NCBI GenBank assembly: GCA_976551045.1
Contig: CDPCPM010000028.1
Coordinates: 7,130,001-7,194,000 of the forward strand
Direction of reading: 5' to 3'
DNA: 64,000 nucleotides
From: Glaucostegus cemiculus
Taxonomy: Eukaryota
Positions 36,506 to 49,879 of the stretch are shown piece by piece. Position 1 is the stretch's first letter. The number at the start of each line of letters is the position of its first letter. Position numbers and translations under genes: made by a program. The notes under the pieces were generated by a model. That model was not told where the DNA came from and ran no database searches. It saw nothing but the letters and a program-made list of their open reading frames with translations.

Positions 36506-37382
36506 TTTCTATAAAGTATCTTGGATCATTTTCATTGAATTGAAATTCATGGTTAAGTAGGAAAAATGGAATGAATTATCATCCCTATTTGGGTCAAGAG
36601 CTTCAAGGAGGCTGGTATCTGAACTTACATGAATATCACTATTGAGAGCTTTAGGAATCACTTGGAAGTTAACCATAACAAGGAGACGGAGGAAAACTGT
36701 ACAAATCAAACTCAGAAATCTGGTCACTTCTATTAAAAAAAACACAAAAACTAACCAATTAATACTTCATGTCAGAATGACAAAGTTTCCATTTACTGGC
36801 ACTGAGTGGGAAATGATACATCCAAGAAGGGGAGGTATCTCACACAGTGCAAGAGAACAAAATCCAGTAGATCCACTCAATCTCCTTCATTCTGGTTTGC
36901 ATTCATTTTTGCTAGCTCAAGTGTTTAGGTTCAATTATTCTTCTATATTAAATCTACTATAAACATGGAAGTCATTCTTGCTGTGTGCAAAACAATTCTC
37001 AACATACCAAAAGGTGTATACTTCAGGTTGCCAACACAGAACACAAGCGAGTGAAGAAAAAATAAATTTGCTAGGTTAGCATCAGGAACAGGCATGAACA
37101 GCAATAATCACACTACTGTGGGCTACATTCCATATATCGATTAATTTACCAACAGTACAATTAAGATTTGTCACAAAGCAAAACTTGTTGCTTACTCAAC
37201 AGAAAAGATAAAGTTCAAATAATGTTAACCCTCAGAATGTTACTATTAACATTTTTAACATTGTGAAGTAAGATAGATCAATGAAGCATAACTTTATCAC
37301 AGAAATGCTTGTAGAAACATCTAATGGTACCAATTTTCATAAAGTTCTTTGTAACTGCTCAAATGAATAAGTAACTTCTTAC

Positions 37383-37558
37383 CTGAAGGAGGTGGGCTTT
37401 GTGTTAGCTCTGGTGTGGCAGAGTGAACAGTTGGTGACTGCTGGTAGTGTGTCTGCATGGGAAGCGGTGTAGCCCTTCTCTGGATCCCTACTATGTGTAT
37501 TTGCGCTTGCCCATTATTTTCTTCTATTCGTTTTATTGTATGTGTTGGAAACAGAGTC
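37383..37558 (-). CDS. ARID2: ARID2 exon 14 (RFX-like winged helix, C-terminal part)
   Basis: TLFPTHTIKRIEENNGQAQIHIVGIQRRATPLP; aag acceptor, G|gtaaga donor, 176 nt. Confidence 0.94.
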
Positions 37559-38116
37559 CTTGCAAAGGAAAACATGTCAAGTCTAGTTAAGCACCCATGT
37601 TAGTTTTTAACGAAAGCTATTCAGACTGAACAACGTAGTTGTTAAAGTTTAGCTAATGGATATTTTGGGATGTTTTAAAATCACTTCCTTTAGATACCTG
37701 TTTTCCTACAGATATAAAGACAAAAGAAAAATCAGCAAAGGGTAGGCAGAGATTTTAAGGCAAACTCAGTGATGAACAGAGCAAATATCCCTATGTAAAA
37801 ATAAAACAGAAATACCACAAAGGAAACTTCTCAAGCTGTACATTTGTTATTTAGGAATTTATTTTATTTATTTTGGAATTGGTAAGATAGGAAAAAATTA
37901 CAGAAAGCTACCGACATGAGCACTGACTTTCAATTAGTAAATAAGAGGAAGAAATCATAATTTTTTTAAAAAGTTGTTCTTGGAATGTTTACCATAAAAG
38001 CTAACACTTAAACTGGGTGCTCTTAAAAATAATGCTGCACTATTTTAAAAAAAACTTAGGCAAGGCAAACTATTCTATAAAGAAAACAAACTTACTCCCT
38101 TTTTGTTTTGACTTAC

Positions 38117-38251
38117 CTGAGGCATTTGTTAAACCCTGTTGACGTTAGAATTCCACCCCGAGCTAATTTACTGCATACAGAAAGATACTCTGAGTATAGG
38201 TCCATTCGTGAAATAGAGCCTTCTAGATAGCTCTCAAAATGTGTGTTTAAC
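38117..38251 (-). CDS. ARID2: ARID2 exon 13 (RFX-like winged helix)
   Basis: LNTHFE...[26 protein letters not shown]; AG/GT, 135 nt. Confidence 0.96.
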
Positions 38252-38538
38252 CTGTAAAAAGCAAAAGACAAGTTCACTGGTTTTATATACCAAATTTGAG
38301 TAGGTAAAAGACCAATGTTTATAATCTGGACAACATTGCCAGAAAAGGCTGTCCTACCTATATAAACTCCAAACAAGAAGAAAAAGTGTTTAAATTAGTT
38401 GACTTAAACAATTCAATGCCAAAATTGTGACACTTTATTCTGTTTTAGAAAGGCTATTTTTAAACTATTGGGTGCTGTGGGCCTCTTATTGATTGGGCAG
38501 CAATCATCAAAAATAAGTGATGACATTTATGTACTAAA

Positions 38539-38574
38539 CTACTTCCAAAAGCTACTTCCAAAAGCTACTTCCAA
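38539..38574. repeat. 13-bp tandem repeat, about 2.8 copies
   Basis: CTACTTCCAAAAG repeated. Confidence 0.9.
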
Positions 38575-40652
38575 CAAGAAGCCAAGATGAAAAAATTGTC
38601 AGCGGAAATGTTGAGTGGAAATAATTATGTTTGTGGCCAACAGTGACCCTGCAGCACATCAGTGGTACTCAAGACAACTCAGCCAAAAGTTAAAACGGGA
38701 TGCTTAGGCTCTGTTGCTGGTAATGATCACTGCATGCCATTTTACTATCCTTCCGTGCAAAAATAGTTAAATCATTGCGCAAACAGCACATAGCTCACTG
38801 GGTTGTGGAACACATTTTGCTCTGCCATAATAGATTGGCAAAGGGTAGTTTTGAAGACTCAGCCTCACATTCCTGCAATGCAACTTGGATCTTAATCATG
38901 TTCCATCATATTATCTTACAGGTTGCTACATATTGACATACTGGAAAGCATTTGAAATTAGTCTTTAGGTTTGACAACTATCCAGAAACTTGCACTTTAA
39001 GGCAGCTCTGTATTCTCAGTCTGTACTACAATGTCACTGTATCCATTTTCCATCTGTAGTAGCTACCCATCTATAGACCATTGTCCAAACGACTCTGGAC
39101 CTTGTCTGAATGAGCTTCAGAAATACGTTTATTGATTCAGTAACAGTGATAGCAATACATAATCAAGATTAATCTCATGTCTGAGAGAAATTACTGCACT
39201 CTGACTTTGATAGCTTTGTAATTTTTCAGCTGAATAAAGTCAATGTATAAACAGACATTAGGCTAGTAACAGGATAGGCTTTATTAGCACTAGTACCCTG
39301 TTTAGCATTACCCTGCAGAGCGCTGAATCATTATACCATTCTTGGTCCTGGTATCCAAACACTCACAAGTACAATGCCTGTGTACTTTCAAAAAAAGAAA
39401 AGGAGACATGCGCTAAGAAACTGTGTGAATGGCTGCATTCACAGCTGCTGTGCTGGGAACCTGGGTGGTGCAAATCGCTGCCCTTAGCTGGACTTCTCCA
39501 CCAATGAATCACCGCACAACTCAGCACTAAGGACGAGGGGCTCAGGCGTGGAGAGTGTGTGCCACTGCTGGGAACAGCGAGCACCTGCTCTATGTGTTAG
39601 CGGATCTTGATGGAAAATGCTGTTTCCTTTTCTCTTCATTTGCCTGCACATCTCTCAGCCTGGAGACTTCTCTATGGCTACAGGATCAACAGCAGTCACT
39701 GGCTGAGCTTCTTACTACAGATAATTATGCAGCCAAATAAAGAGGGAAATAGCAGCTTCCATCACATTCAACTGGTGGTGACGAGGAAGACCATAGCAAC
39801 CAGGCGGTCAGTCAACACATGTAGCAGGTGCTGCCAGTGCCTGATAATGGACCCTAAAGTCACTGTGGTGGCCAGGGTGCAGCCATGAGCCCTACATCAG
39901 TGCTGAGCATCCACAGCACACACCCCTGCCCGTCTAATACCATCACAAACAGGCAGCCTCTCCTTATCAAGCTGTGGAAGACTCAGTGTTGCTGGAGTGT
40001 CAGCGAAGGATTAGGTTTTGCGCCAAGGTCCCAGCACAACAGCACACAGAAAGAGGGCAGAGGTTCGTGCCAAGTTCTTGGCACAGCACTATGCAGCAGT
40101 GGAAACTACAGTAGTTTGCATCAGGTTCCCAATGGTGTCAGTAATGCATCTCTGACAGCTTTTAGCACTGATTCCATTAGCGCTCTCATTCCTGGGAATG
40201 CATCCTGCACGCTACTGTGACATAAGTGAAGTGTACTAACAGTCCACACATCTGGAATAAATATGTAACCAAAAAATTAAAACATCAATTCAACTTCTCA
40301 TCATCTACTTGGCCCTCTCTTATTCCATCTGACATTTTATTTTGACTTTCACTGCTTTGTCATTTTGAAGAGCAAAAAGATGCCTGTGCCAGATTTCTTT
40401 TGATGTGGAATGATCAGTGCACAAGAGTTGGTTCAAAGTAGCTGGAAAACACGAAGGATACATATGTCCACATCCATTCCTTGCTTAATGCAAATGCCCC
40501 TTCCCCTGAGCCCTGCTGATCCTCACCTTCCTGCCCTGGTCCCACCATTCATATCCTGCTCTAGCACAAAGCCACACATCACCCAACAAATCTCTTAGCC
40601 ATCTTCAGCCAGCTTCTCAATATCCACAGGCTACAGTCAAGCAGTGCACTGC

Positions 40653-40697
40653 ATGTGGATTAGTGTGCCCCAATGTGGATTAGTGTGCCCCAATGTG
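40653..40697. repeat. 20-bp tandem duplication
   Basis: ATGTGGATTAGTGTGCCCCA x2 plus ATGTG. Confidence 0.9.
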
Positions 40698-42035
40698 TCC
40701 GACTGGTCAATTAGGATGAACTTATTCTGCAGCCATAGGAGTATCTCGCTTGACTGCTGCCATGATGGGGAGTGGTAAACTAAATCTTTAATTGTGCTTT
40801 ATATCAAAAAATCTAATTTCTGGCATTAAATTTACTATAAAAAACAAATAAAACTTTGCCATGTTCTTCGGGCTCCACCCTTCCTTTCTGCAGATGGGGG
40901 CAACTTTTCAAAGAGATAATTTGGACTTCATGGGTTAAATAATGGCCCAAGGCTAATTTTTCAGTCCATTATCAGCCAAAATATGTAAAAATATAAAGAT
41001 ACGAAGACCAGTCTCTTGACCATTTCAATTACTGACACACTATCATCCATCAAAAAAGAATTATCAATCTAAAAATAAACTGCAATGTCCCAGCCAGGAA
41101 GAGCAAATCAAGATTAATAAAATTTTCTCAGACTAATGCACAATGTCTCCATGTACCTCAATACTGCATGCACATTTTATACACATTGTAACGCTAAGAA
41201 ACAATTTAAATTGTGCCAGCTTGTTTTTTGAAGAATACATTTTGGTGGATCTGTGCATTCTGTCAAGGCTAACAATCTCAGCCAAAGAACATGAAGACAA
41301 ACACTTATACCATGACACTCCAAGATCAGTTAGCCACACAAAGTTTATTTTTTTCAAAAAGATTGGCAATTTGAGTAGAATTTACAGCACAGAAACTAGT
41401 GTTCACATAAGCCTCCTCCACTCTATTTACTTCATCTTTCACTGTCAACCCATCCTTTCGTTCATTTCTCACTAATGTACCTCAGCTTAACTGCTGACTT
41501 AAGTCAACTCCAGGGTTAAATCTATGTTCAGTACATAAATTGCTTTGGTCTTAATGCCAGCTCATTTTCTAAAAACAGTAGTAAGTGGGCTAAAGGTTAT
41601 AGAATCCAAATGTAGAACCTATAGATCTTAAGTGTTTCATCCGAACCATAGTGACAGAACTCAACTTTTATTTTAAAATATTAAATCACCATGGTTGTTA
41701 AGGCTATAGCACTTTAATCCAATATTTAGTTGCTTTATAAATCATATGCCCCAGCCACTGAGAAAACCAATAAGGAGGAAGTTGCTGCTTAATATATATT
41801 TTTAACATTATATGGATCGACTGATGTTTTGTGCTACAAATACATTTTCTCATTTGCCCCTTGAAAATAGGCTCCTTGAAACTGCATTTCCTGCGTTCCT
41901 GGAGAGTATAAATATTTAGCTGTAACTGAGCAGAACCAGAAAGTTATATAAAATATAGCATACATGCTTTCAATGGCTACAGTTGAAATACAAAATATTA
42001 ATTAAACAGTATTTGTTACGAGAATTTACACTTAC

Positions 42036-42108
42036 CACTGGCAGCAAAACTTTTCACTGTCAACTTCCATTCCTGCTGGGGTTACCACTGCAGGGCCAAC
42101 TCTTGGTG
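42036..42108 (-). CDS. ARID2: ARID2 exon 12
   Basis: PRVGPAVVTPAGMEVDSEKFCCQ(W); AG/GT, 73 nt phase 1-2. Confidence 0.92.
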
Positions 42109-45100
42109 CTGTGCAAGTGAGAAGAAAAGGATCAATAGTGGAGGAGGCAAGGTGGTGGAATAACATAATACACAATAAAGCCATATGGGGCAGTTTGTTT
42201 AAAAGTAATTTGAACTGTTGATAAATAGCTATTTACCCTTTCATTTTTTTCCATATTCTTTCAAACTACAAAATAAAGGGAAATTACTCCTCATTGTAAG
42301 TTCTGTTCTCCAAACACAACTATGCATATAAACACTTGGGTTTACCTAACTGTATGCATGCTGGCAAAAGCTTATAAAAGTCACCACATGCTCTTATGTC
42401 ACCATCTGAATAGTAAGTGGCATTGTTTCCTTGCAATGCTAGAAAAGAATCTGAAGCTGCTTACATAGGTGACACGTTCTCAGCACCAGGAGGTGGTGCC
42501 ACAGGGTAGCTTCTGAAATTCACTAGCCAATTGCGAGAAGATGCAGGGACTAGAGGCATTTAAAAAAAAAGTCAGAAATGATCCTCTGCTCTCATTCAGT
42601 CCACTGCTACTTGGCCAATATGACACTGGGAAAACATTGCTAAGAAGATGGCCATCACTATACACTTGATGACGGCAAAAGCCCAGAGAGAATGAGGATC
42701 TCATGACTTCAGAAAACAGTTATTTGCCTCAGAACACACAATGTTATATTCTCATGTTGGGGGGGGCGGGGGGGAGTGGGGTTAAGTAACTATTGCTTGA
42801 AGATTAATGGTGAGATAAATAAATCACAACTCTAAGGAGGTATTAAATGCACCTTCAGTAGCTTTTGGTGGTGAGGGTAAAGCTGAAACAAGCCACAAAA
42901 TAAATCAGTAAGAAAGCAGAGGAAGAAACAAAGATTGGAGATGAAGGGATAGACAATGATGTTATCTGTAAATGGTCCAGTGCTTTTCTCTTCATCTTAC
43001 CACAAAAACTTGCTCCATTATAGCTGGCGGCTGTTTCTCTTTTAGCTTAAACATCATTAAAGGAATTACCAATCCTTTTTCCTTCACCACTGCCCCCATC
43101 CCACTCACTCACCTATCCCTACCACCATGGCCGCATCAAGAAGTTTTGTCAAGAGAGGATCAACAGATTTTGTCAAAAACCATTCTTTGGAGAACAGAAA
43201 TTACAGTGGGCAACTTCCATTTCTCCTTCAAAAGCAGACCTTCCATCCACGGAAGCTTCTAAAAGGTAGATTAACAGGGACAGAGATATGCATATCTAAA
43301 AAAAATCAAAGTATACAGCAACCACAGTGAACAAATCCCTACTGCCTACTTTAAGGCTACAATGCTTCTAAATTTTGTCATAAGTTTATATTTTCTCCCC
43401 TTACACTTTTTCAGGTCTCCCCACGCCACAGACCATTCTCCAAGTCACGAGGAAGTGCATGAACATGGCCCCGGGGAAAACATCCCTCCAAATTTTCCTT
43501 CCTCTCTGTGAGAATATGCCTGGTCTCTGCTGTTAAACAAAGAAAGATGGCAGTCATTTTCCAGCAGCCGTACCATGTTCATGTTGGTTAGGAATAAAGG
43601 CCAAGTGACTGGCCTAGCGTGGAGCCAAATGATTTGTTGGAAAGTTAAAAATTCTGGAGGTGTAAAGGAAGTTGACAAACAAGTTTAGAGAACATCTAAG
43701 GACTGAACTTTAATTGACCAGTTGCCCAAATGAGATTTACTAGCTGCTACCCAAGATGGCCTGGTATCAACAGTGTTATTTTGTAAAAATTATTGTGGCC
43801 AAAAGCCATCAATTTTATGATGAGGTACTAATAATGCAAAGAAATGTGGAAATTCCTATTAGATAAATCTAGAGCAAGTAGCTTGTAACTGGATCGCTTT
43901 GATGTCTTTGCTATTATAGGTTATTTTAAATTTAGCTTCTCTGAGGCACCACATTAATTTCCTCAGGCTGAACCAGCACGGACATGTCCAGAACTTTACT
44001 ACAGCCATCTGAAGATAAACTACCCTGCAAGGACATGGAAGTTCCTGCTGTTTACTTGGTTTGTAACAAGTGAAATGATTAAATCTACTTGGAATCATTC
44101 ACAGCACAAAGTTATGATCATAAAGGAAAAAAGTAGAAGGATGAAATGTTAGAAAGAAGAAAATGGGCAACGTGGGTTTAAAATCTAAGTCAATGGTGAG
44201 GTTAAAACCAATGCCATGCAGGGGGTCCTGTGAAGAAGACTATGTAAACCATTCATCATTGTAATCATTGTACAATTACAGTTAGGGAGACCCAAGTGTT
44301 TGTATGTGGAAGATATAATCTGAAAAGAAAACCTTTAAATAAAAATAGCATGGAAACAAAATAGTTCACTCAAGATTTACGCATGTCACACAGGCAAATT
44401 CATGTGTTTTTTTTTAAAAAAGACGCAGGGAAAGTACTTCCCAATTTAATATTTAAAAACAATTTCTATTCATCTGGATGTTATAAATTCAGTTAAGCTA
44501 TTTTCCTTCTCAGTCATGATTGTAGATCAACTGGATTCCAAGATGAATTACTGATGGGTTTTAGACAGAGTTCATAAATGGTAGATAGGTGGTAGAGAAG
44601 GAAACACTTTAAGGGCATGCTGTAAGTGTTAGATAAAATTAGACAGAGTGTGTGGTCTGTCAATTGTTGCTTAGCTAACAGCAGTTCAGTGGCATGGGCT
44701 TACAGCCACAAGTAAGGGGTCATTTCAAAGCTTAATTCTTGCAAGATCCATGTAGCCAAGAGAGGAAACACTATGTCTGACTCTTCTCTCCACCATAACA
44801 CTCAAATTAATTTCTCCTATTTCTTTAGAAGGTGAGATAGTTTTAGGGATTCCATTTTCATCCTCATTATGTAAAAGAATATCTCACTACTGAGATTTTA
44901 TTTTAAATAGTCACAGCATTTTACATTTGATTAATAATCTTCTGGCTTTTGATTTTCTTGGTAAAAGTCTTAACTGTTTGGAAGTTTCTGTTTAACTAGT
45001 AGTACTATCAGGAGTATTAACACAGATAATATTCCCGTCATAAAGCTTGAGTATGCTGTATTAACTTCAGTACACTCCTGTGGTTATGACCATTTGCTTA

Positions 45101-45487
45101 ACATTCTTCTGTTCTATATTCCAAATATCATTAGCAGTTCATTCAAGTCACTCATTTTAAACTTGCCTAAGTTTCTCCACTGCAACACAGGTTCTACACA
45201 TTTCCAGCATTTTCTGTTTATATCATGTATCCTACAGATGGTCAAAGTCTGTAAGTGACCATTCACCACATACATTAAAAGATTATTAGGCTGTAATGAG
45301 ACAACAGAAAACTTATAGTCCACTCAGCCAAAATCAGTTTTCCATCCAGCACACGAGCCAAAAGAGAAAGCAAAAGTATTGCGGTACAAAATATTCAATT
45401 TAGGGTTTGAATTTTTCCAAAGAGTTCTGGATTTTAGATTTCCAACACTTGAAATGTATTTATTTTAAATCACTGCTGATCACATAC

Positions 45488-45658
45488 CTGAAGCTGGCGT
45501 ACTCTGGGTTGGTGCTTGTTGCAAGTGCTCCATTGCTTGTGGTCTGATCTCAGAGATTACTTGGTGGCTGGAACTTTGATATTCTATTAATTTGACGGTA
45601 GTAGGTATATCAGACCCAAATGACTGGATATCCACTGACACAAGACACACCAAAATAT
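45488..45658 (-). CDS. ARID2: ARID2 exon 11
   Basis: [16 protein letters not shown]...[24 protein letters not shown]; AG/GT, 171 nt. Confidence 0.95.
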
Positions 45659-46123
45659 CTGATAAGAGAAAATAAATTGCTTATTGAAAATATCCAAAAC
45701 TAAATTGGAATTTAACTACTAGCATATGGCTTAAATTTTTTTCATTTAAATTTACAGGATTTGAATCAAAGTATTTATTAATTTCATTTGTCAATGAAGT
45801 TGATGTTCTCTTGCCACGTTAAACTGATATGAAAACAGAAGTGAAAATTTTCTTGAAAGACATTTATCATAAATATTCCCCAAAAGCATCATTCCAGGAA
45901 TCTGTGATAGCTCATGTGTAAAGTGTGCAGATGTGTTTGGACTTGTCACCATCATTGCCGATATGGCAATGGGAAAAGATTTTGGCGAGGGGGGGGGGGC
46001 AGGGGAGGTGCTGGGGGAAAAAGACTCTTAAAAGCCATTCTTTTCTTTAGTAACTAACTTTGCTCCCCATTCCTGCACTTACTGCTGAACAACTGCATTT
46101 AGTTAACCAGTTCCTGCAGTTAA

Positions 46124-46762
46124 CCTGCAGAGACTGAGGAAAGTGAACTCCTATCCTTCGATTATGAAAACTTTTTATAGAGGGACCATTGAGAGCTGTA
46201 TCACTATCTGGTATGGGAGCTGCTCAGCTGCTGGACGGAAGTCCCTTCAGGGAATAGTGAGAGCGGCAGAGAAGACCATAGGTGTCTCTCTAACCTCTAC
46301 TGCAGATATATACAAGGATCGATGTGTTAGAAAGGTCACAAATATAATGTCGGACCCTTCTCACCCCTCCTATCATCTCTTTACACTCTTGCCATCTGGA
46401 AGACGGCTCCATTGCATCCGGGCAAGGACAACTAGACTGTGCAATAGTTTCTTCCCTCAAACTATCAGAACTGTGAACTCCCTCATCCCTCCATCACTCC
46501 CGCCAACACCAGAGGACGCTAGGTGTACAGAAATGCACCAGCACTTTAAATGTCCATGGCCAGTACGCTCACTTTAAGATTACTTATTTAAGTCACTATT
46601 TTAATTTTGTGGTTCCAATGTTTTTAGCGTCTTTCTGTCTCTCATTGTTTGTTTCTTTTTTTTCTTTAATGTGACGAGGACCTTGACCTGTGGAGTATGG
46701 TATTTCGCTCCTATGCATACTGAATGTGTACATAGTAGTGACAATAAAAACTGATTCTGATG
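46124..46762 (+). mobile_element. Rex1/Babar-like LINE, 5'-truncated 3' end
   Basis: ORF 46143-46577 FYRGTIESCITIWYG...LQGIVRAAEKTIG...DPSHPSYHLFTLLPSGRR...NSFFPQTIR; tail ACAATAAAAACTGATTCTGA. Confidence 0.88.
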
Positions 46763-47626
46763 AAAATAAAAGACCTGAAAATCGTCCAATTCATCTTGTC
46801 AACTAACAAAACTGACCAAAAGAGGGGAGGTGTGCCATTCCAGCCACTTAAGACTCTTAGAAATCAATTTATCATCCAAATGGTAGCTATTCATTTAAAA
46901 CATGACAGGAAGCTCAATTTTTTTTACGGTGAATTTCATACATTAGGAAAATACCTGACATACAACCATCAAGCCCAATGTCTCAGGCAGGATCTACTGT
47001 GCATTTGTGGTCCTCTTGTAGCTCGTGTATTATTGACATAGAATTTTTAGCTTATAAGGTAACAATGCTAACACCTTTAGTGCAGCACTATCGTAACTTT
47101 ATCATAAAATGTGTATGTACATATTCAGTACAATTCTCCAGAACCAAAATGTTAAATAATTGCACACTACGAGATATGTACAGTGAAGAATATATTGATT
47201 ACTGTGATGCCGTGTTTTAACTTGCAACATCAGATTTCATTGAAATATTTTACTTTATGGGCAAAATCTTAACTACTACTTATTCAAGAGTTTGAATGAA
47301 TGCTGTTGAACAATGTATTTGTTACATTATGCAGGATGATAATTTTTTTTAAAAAAGGTTAATTTCTGACAGGACTCTTTTCCCTCTCATATTCATTATC
47401 AGTCATGCCACAATGACAGAAAAGGCTTTATCGATTTATTAACCAATCATTAACAATTTGCTCTGCATCATCTATCCCAATGATTTTACAGAAGCAAGTG
47501 TAAAGTCACTGAATTGTAAATAAATAATTAAAAGCAAAACAGTTGCATGAGAATTTGAACCTTATACAACAAAATAACTTTGATTCAGCACACACATCAT
47601 TTTCACTGAACAAATTTCCAGTCTAG

Positions 47627-48030
47627 GAGAGTCAGAGTCATACTACACGGAAACAGGCCCTGTGGCCCAACTGATCCATGCCGACCAAGGTGCCCCATGC
47701 CATCTTGTCCTATTTGCCAGCATATGGCCCATAACTTCTAAACCTCTCCTATCCATGGACCTGTCCAACTGTCTGTTAAAATTTGTTATTGTACCTGCCT
47801 CAATCACTTCCTCCTAGCAGCTCATACCACAGAGATACCACCCTTTGTGTAACAAAAAAGAAGTTACTTCTCAGGTTCCTAATGACTTCCCCCCCCCCCC
47901 CCACCTTAAACCTATGCCCTCTAGTTCTTGACTTCCCAAACATGGGGGGAAGAAAACTGAGTGCATTCACCCTATCTATGCCTTCATGATTTTATATACC
48001 TCTATAAGGTCACCTCTCAGTCTCTTAAGT
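47627..48030 (-). mobile_element. CR1 LINE 3' end
   Basis: AGAGTCAGAGTCATACTACACGGAAACAGGCCCTGTGGCCC...ACCTTAAACCTATGCCCTCTAGTT...TTTTATATACCTCTATAAGGTCACCTCTCA. Confidence 0.85.
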
Positions 48031-48274
48031 TTAATTGCTATCCTTTATACATTACAAATTTGCATGGCAAAAGGATAGGTCATTTTCTCTTTTTCATCCA
48101 TTGCTTATTCCAAACACAGCCACCTTTTGACTCATCAGGCTGGATTCAATGTCATCCACTTAACAATCCATTATTTCCTTTGAAGCCCCAGAATATAGAC
48201 TCACAGATGTAATTTTGTATTAATAAAAATAGACAGCACACACATCATTTTCTTTCACAACCTACATCTTCTTT

Positions 48275-49797
48275 TACAAGAAAAAGGGTGATGAGCATGA
48301 ATCACCATGTGGAATTAGGATGTTGTGGCCAGTACAGAGACTTGGCTGTCACATGGACAGGATTGGCTGCTTAATGTTCAGGGGTTTCTATGTTTCAAAA
48401 GGGATAGGGAAGGAGATAAAAGAGGGGGGAGTGGCATTGCTAATCAAGGATAATGTCACAGCTGCAGAAAGGAAGGACGTCATGGAGGGATCGTCTACCG
48501 AGTCAGTGTGGGTGAAAGTTAGAAACAGGGGAGGGAGCAATCACTCCACAGGCCCCCCAACAAGCACCAGGACACTGAGGAGCAGATAAGTAGGCAGATT
48601 TTGGAGAGGGGCAAAAATAACAGGGTTGTTGTCATGGGAGAATTCAACTTCCCTAATATTGATTGGCACCTCCTTAGTTGAAAAGGTTTAGATGGGGCAG
48701 AATTTGATAGGTGTGTCCAGGAAGGATTACTGGCACAGTATGTGGACTGGCTGACTAGAGAGACCATACTGGATCTAGTATTAGGCAATGAACCTGGTCA
48801 GGTGGCAGACCCCTCAGTGGGCAAGCATTTCGGAGATAGTGACAACTCCCTGGGGGAAACTCGCCTGAAGGCGGAGAAAGTAGGGGAGGTCCTTAATGGA
48901 TTCTTTGCTGCAGTGTTCACTAGGGAGAGGGACTTTGACGCATGTGTAGAACAGGCTAATGCACTGGAGCATGTTTAGGTTAAGAAAGAGGTAGTGTTGG
49001 AGCTTCTGAAAAGCATTTGGATAAATAAGTCTCCAGGACTGGACACAAATTACCCCAGGTTACTATGGGAGGCAAGGGAAGAGACTGCTGAGGTGTTGAT
49101 GATGATATTTGCATCCTCCCTGGCCACAGGAGTGGTACCAGAGGATTGGAGGATGTCAAATGTTGTTTCCTTGTTCATGGAAGACAATAGGGATAATCCT
49201 GGGAATTATAAACCAGTGAATCTTAGGTCAGTGGTGGGCAACCTATTGGGAGAGGATTCTTAGGGACAGGATTTGGGAGCATTTGGAAAAGCACTGTCTT
49301 ATTAGGGATAGTCTTATTAGCCTTATCAACATCGCTTTGTGAGGAGCAGGTTGTGTCTCACGAGCCTAATCAAGTTTATCAAGGTGATGACAATACAAAT
49401 ATATAAAGTTAAAATGATGGATGTGATGTACATGGACTTTACTAAGGCATTTAACAAGAATCCCCATGGTAGATTCATCCAGAAAGTCATGAGGCATGGG
49501 ATCCATGGCATGAGGCATGGGATCCATGGAGACTTGGCTGCATGGATTCAGAATTGGCTTGCCCACAGAAGGCAGAGGGTGGTAGTAGATGAAGAATATA
49601 CTGCCTGGAGGTCAGTGACTAGCGATGTTCTGCTGGGATCTGTTCTGCGACCCCTACTCCTTGTAATTTTTATAAATGATTTGGATGAGGAAGTGGAGGG
49701 ATCGGTTAATAAGTCTGTGAATGACACAAAGGTTGGAGGCGTTGTGGATGGTGTAGAAGGTTGTCGTAGGTTACAACACGACATAGAATGCAGAGTC
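48275..49797 (+). mobile_element. CR1 LINE ORF2 remnant (APE endonuclease plus RT), frameshifted and internally deleted
   Basis: GGVALLIKD, TESVWV, ILDLVLGNEPG, KSPGLD, VPEDWR, PGNYKPVNL, YMDFTKAFNK, WLAHRRQRVVV, FINDLD, DTKVGG; 21-nt tandem duplication at 49488-49529. Confidence 0.93.
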
Positions 49798-49879
49798 TCC
49801 AAATGCTGTTCCTTAAAGTAATTGTTACCTTGACAACTTTATTCTGTAAAGCTTCTGGGCATCTGTCATATTAATCCTC

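Noticed and set aside
46143-46577. Horizontal transfer of the Rex1-like LINE from teleosts
   Set aside because: Cannot be assessed without searches; related elements are expected in cartilaginous fish
49488-49529. In-frame 21-nt duplication (MRHGIHG x2) in CR1 RT as a sign of selection
   Set aside because: The surrounding ORF2 has stops and frameshifts, so frame preservation is coincidental
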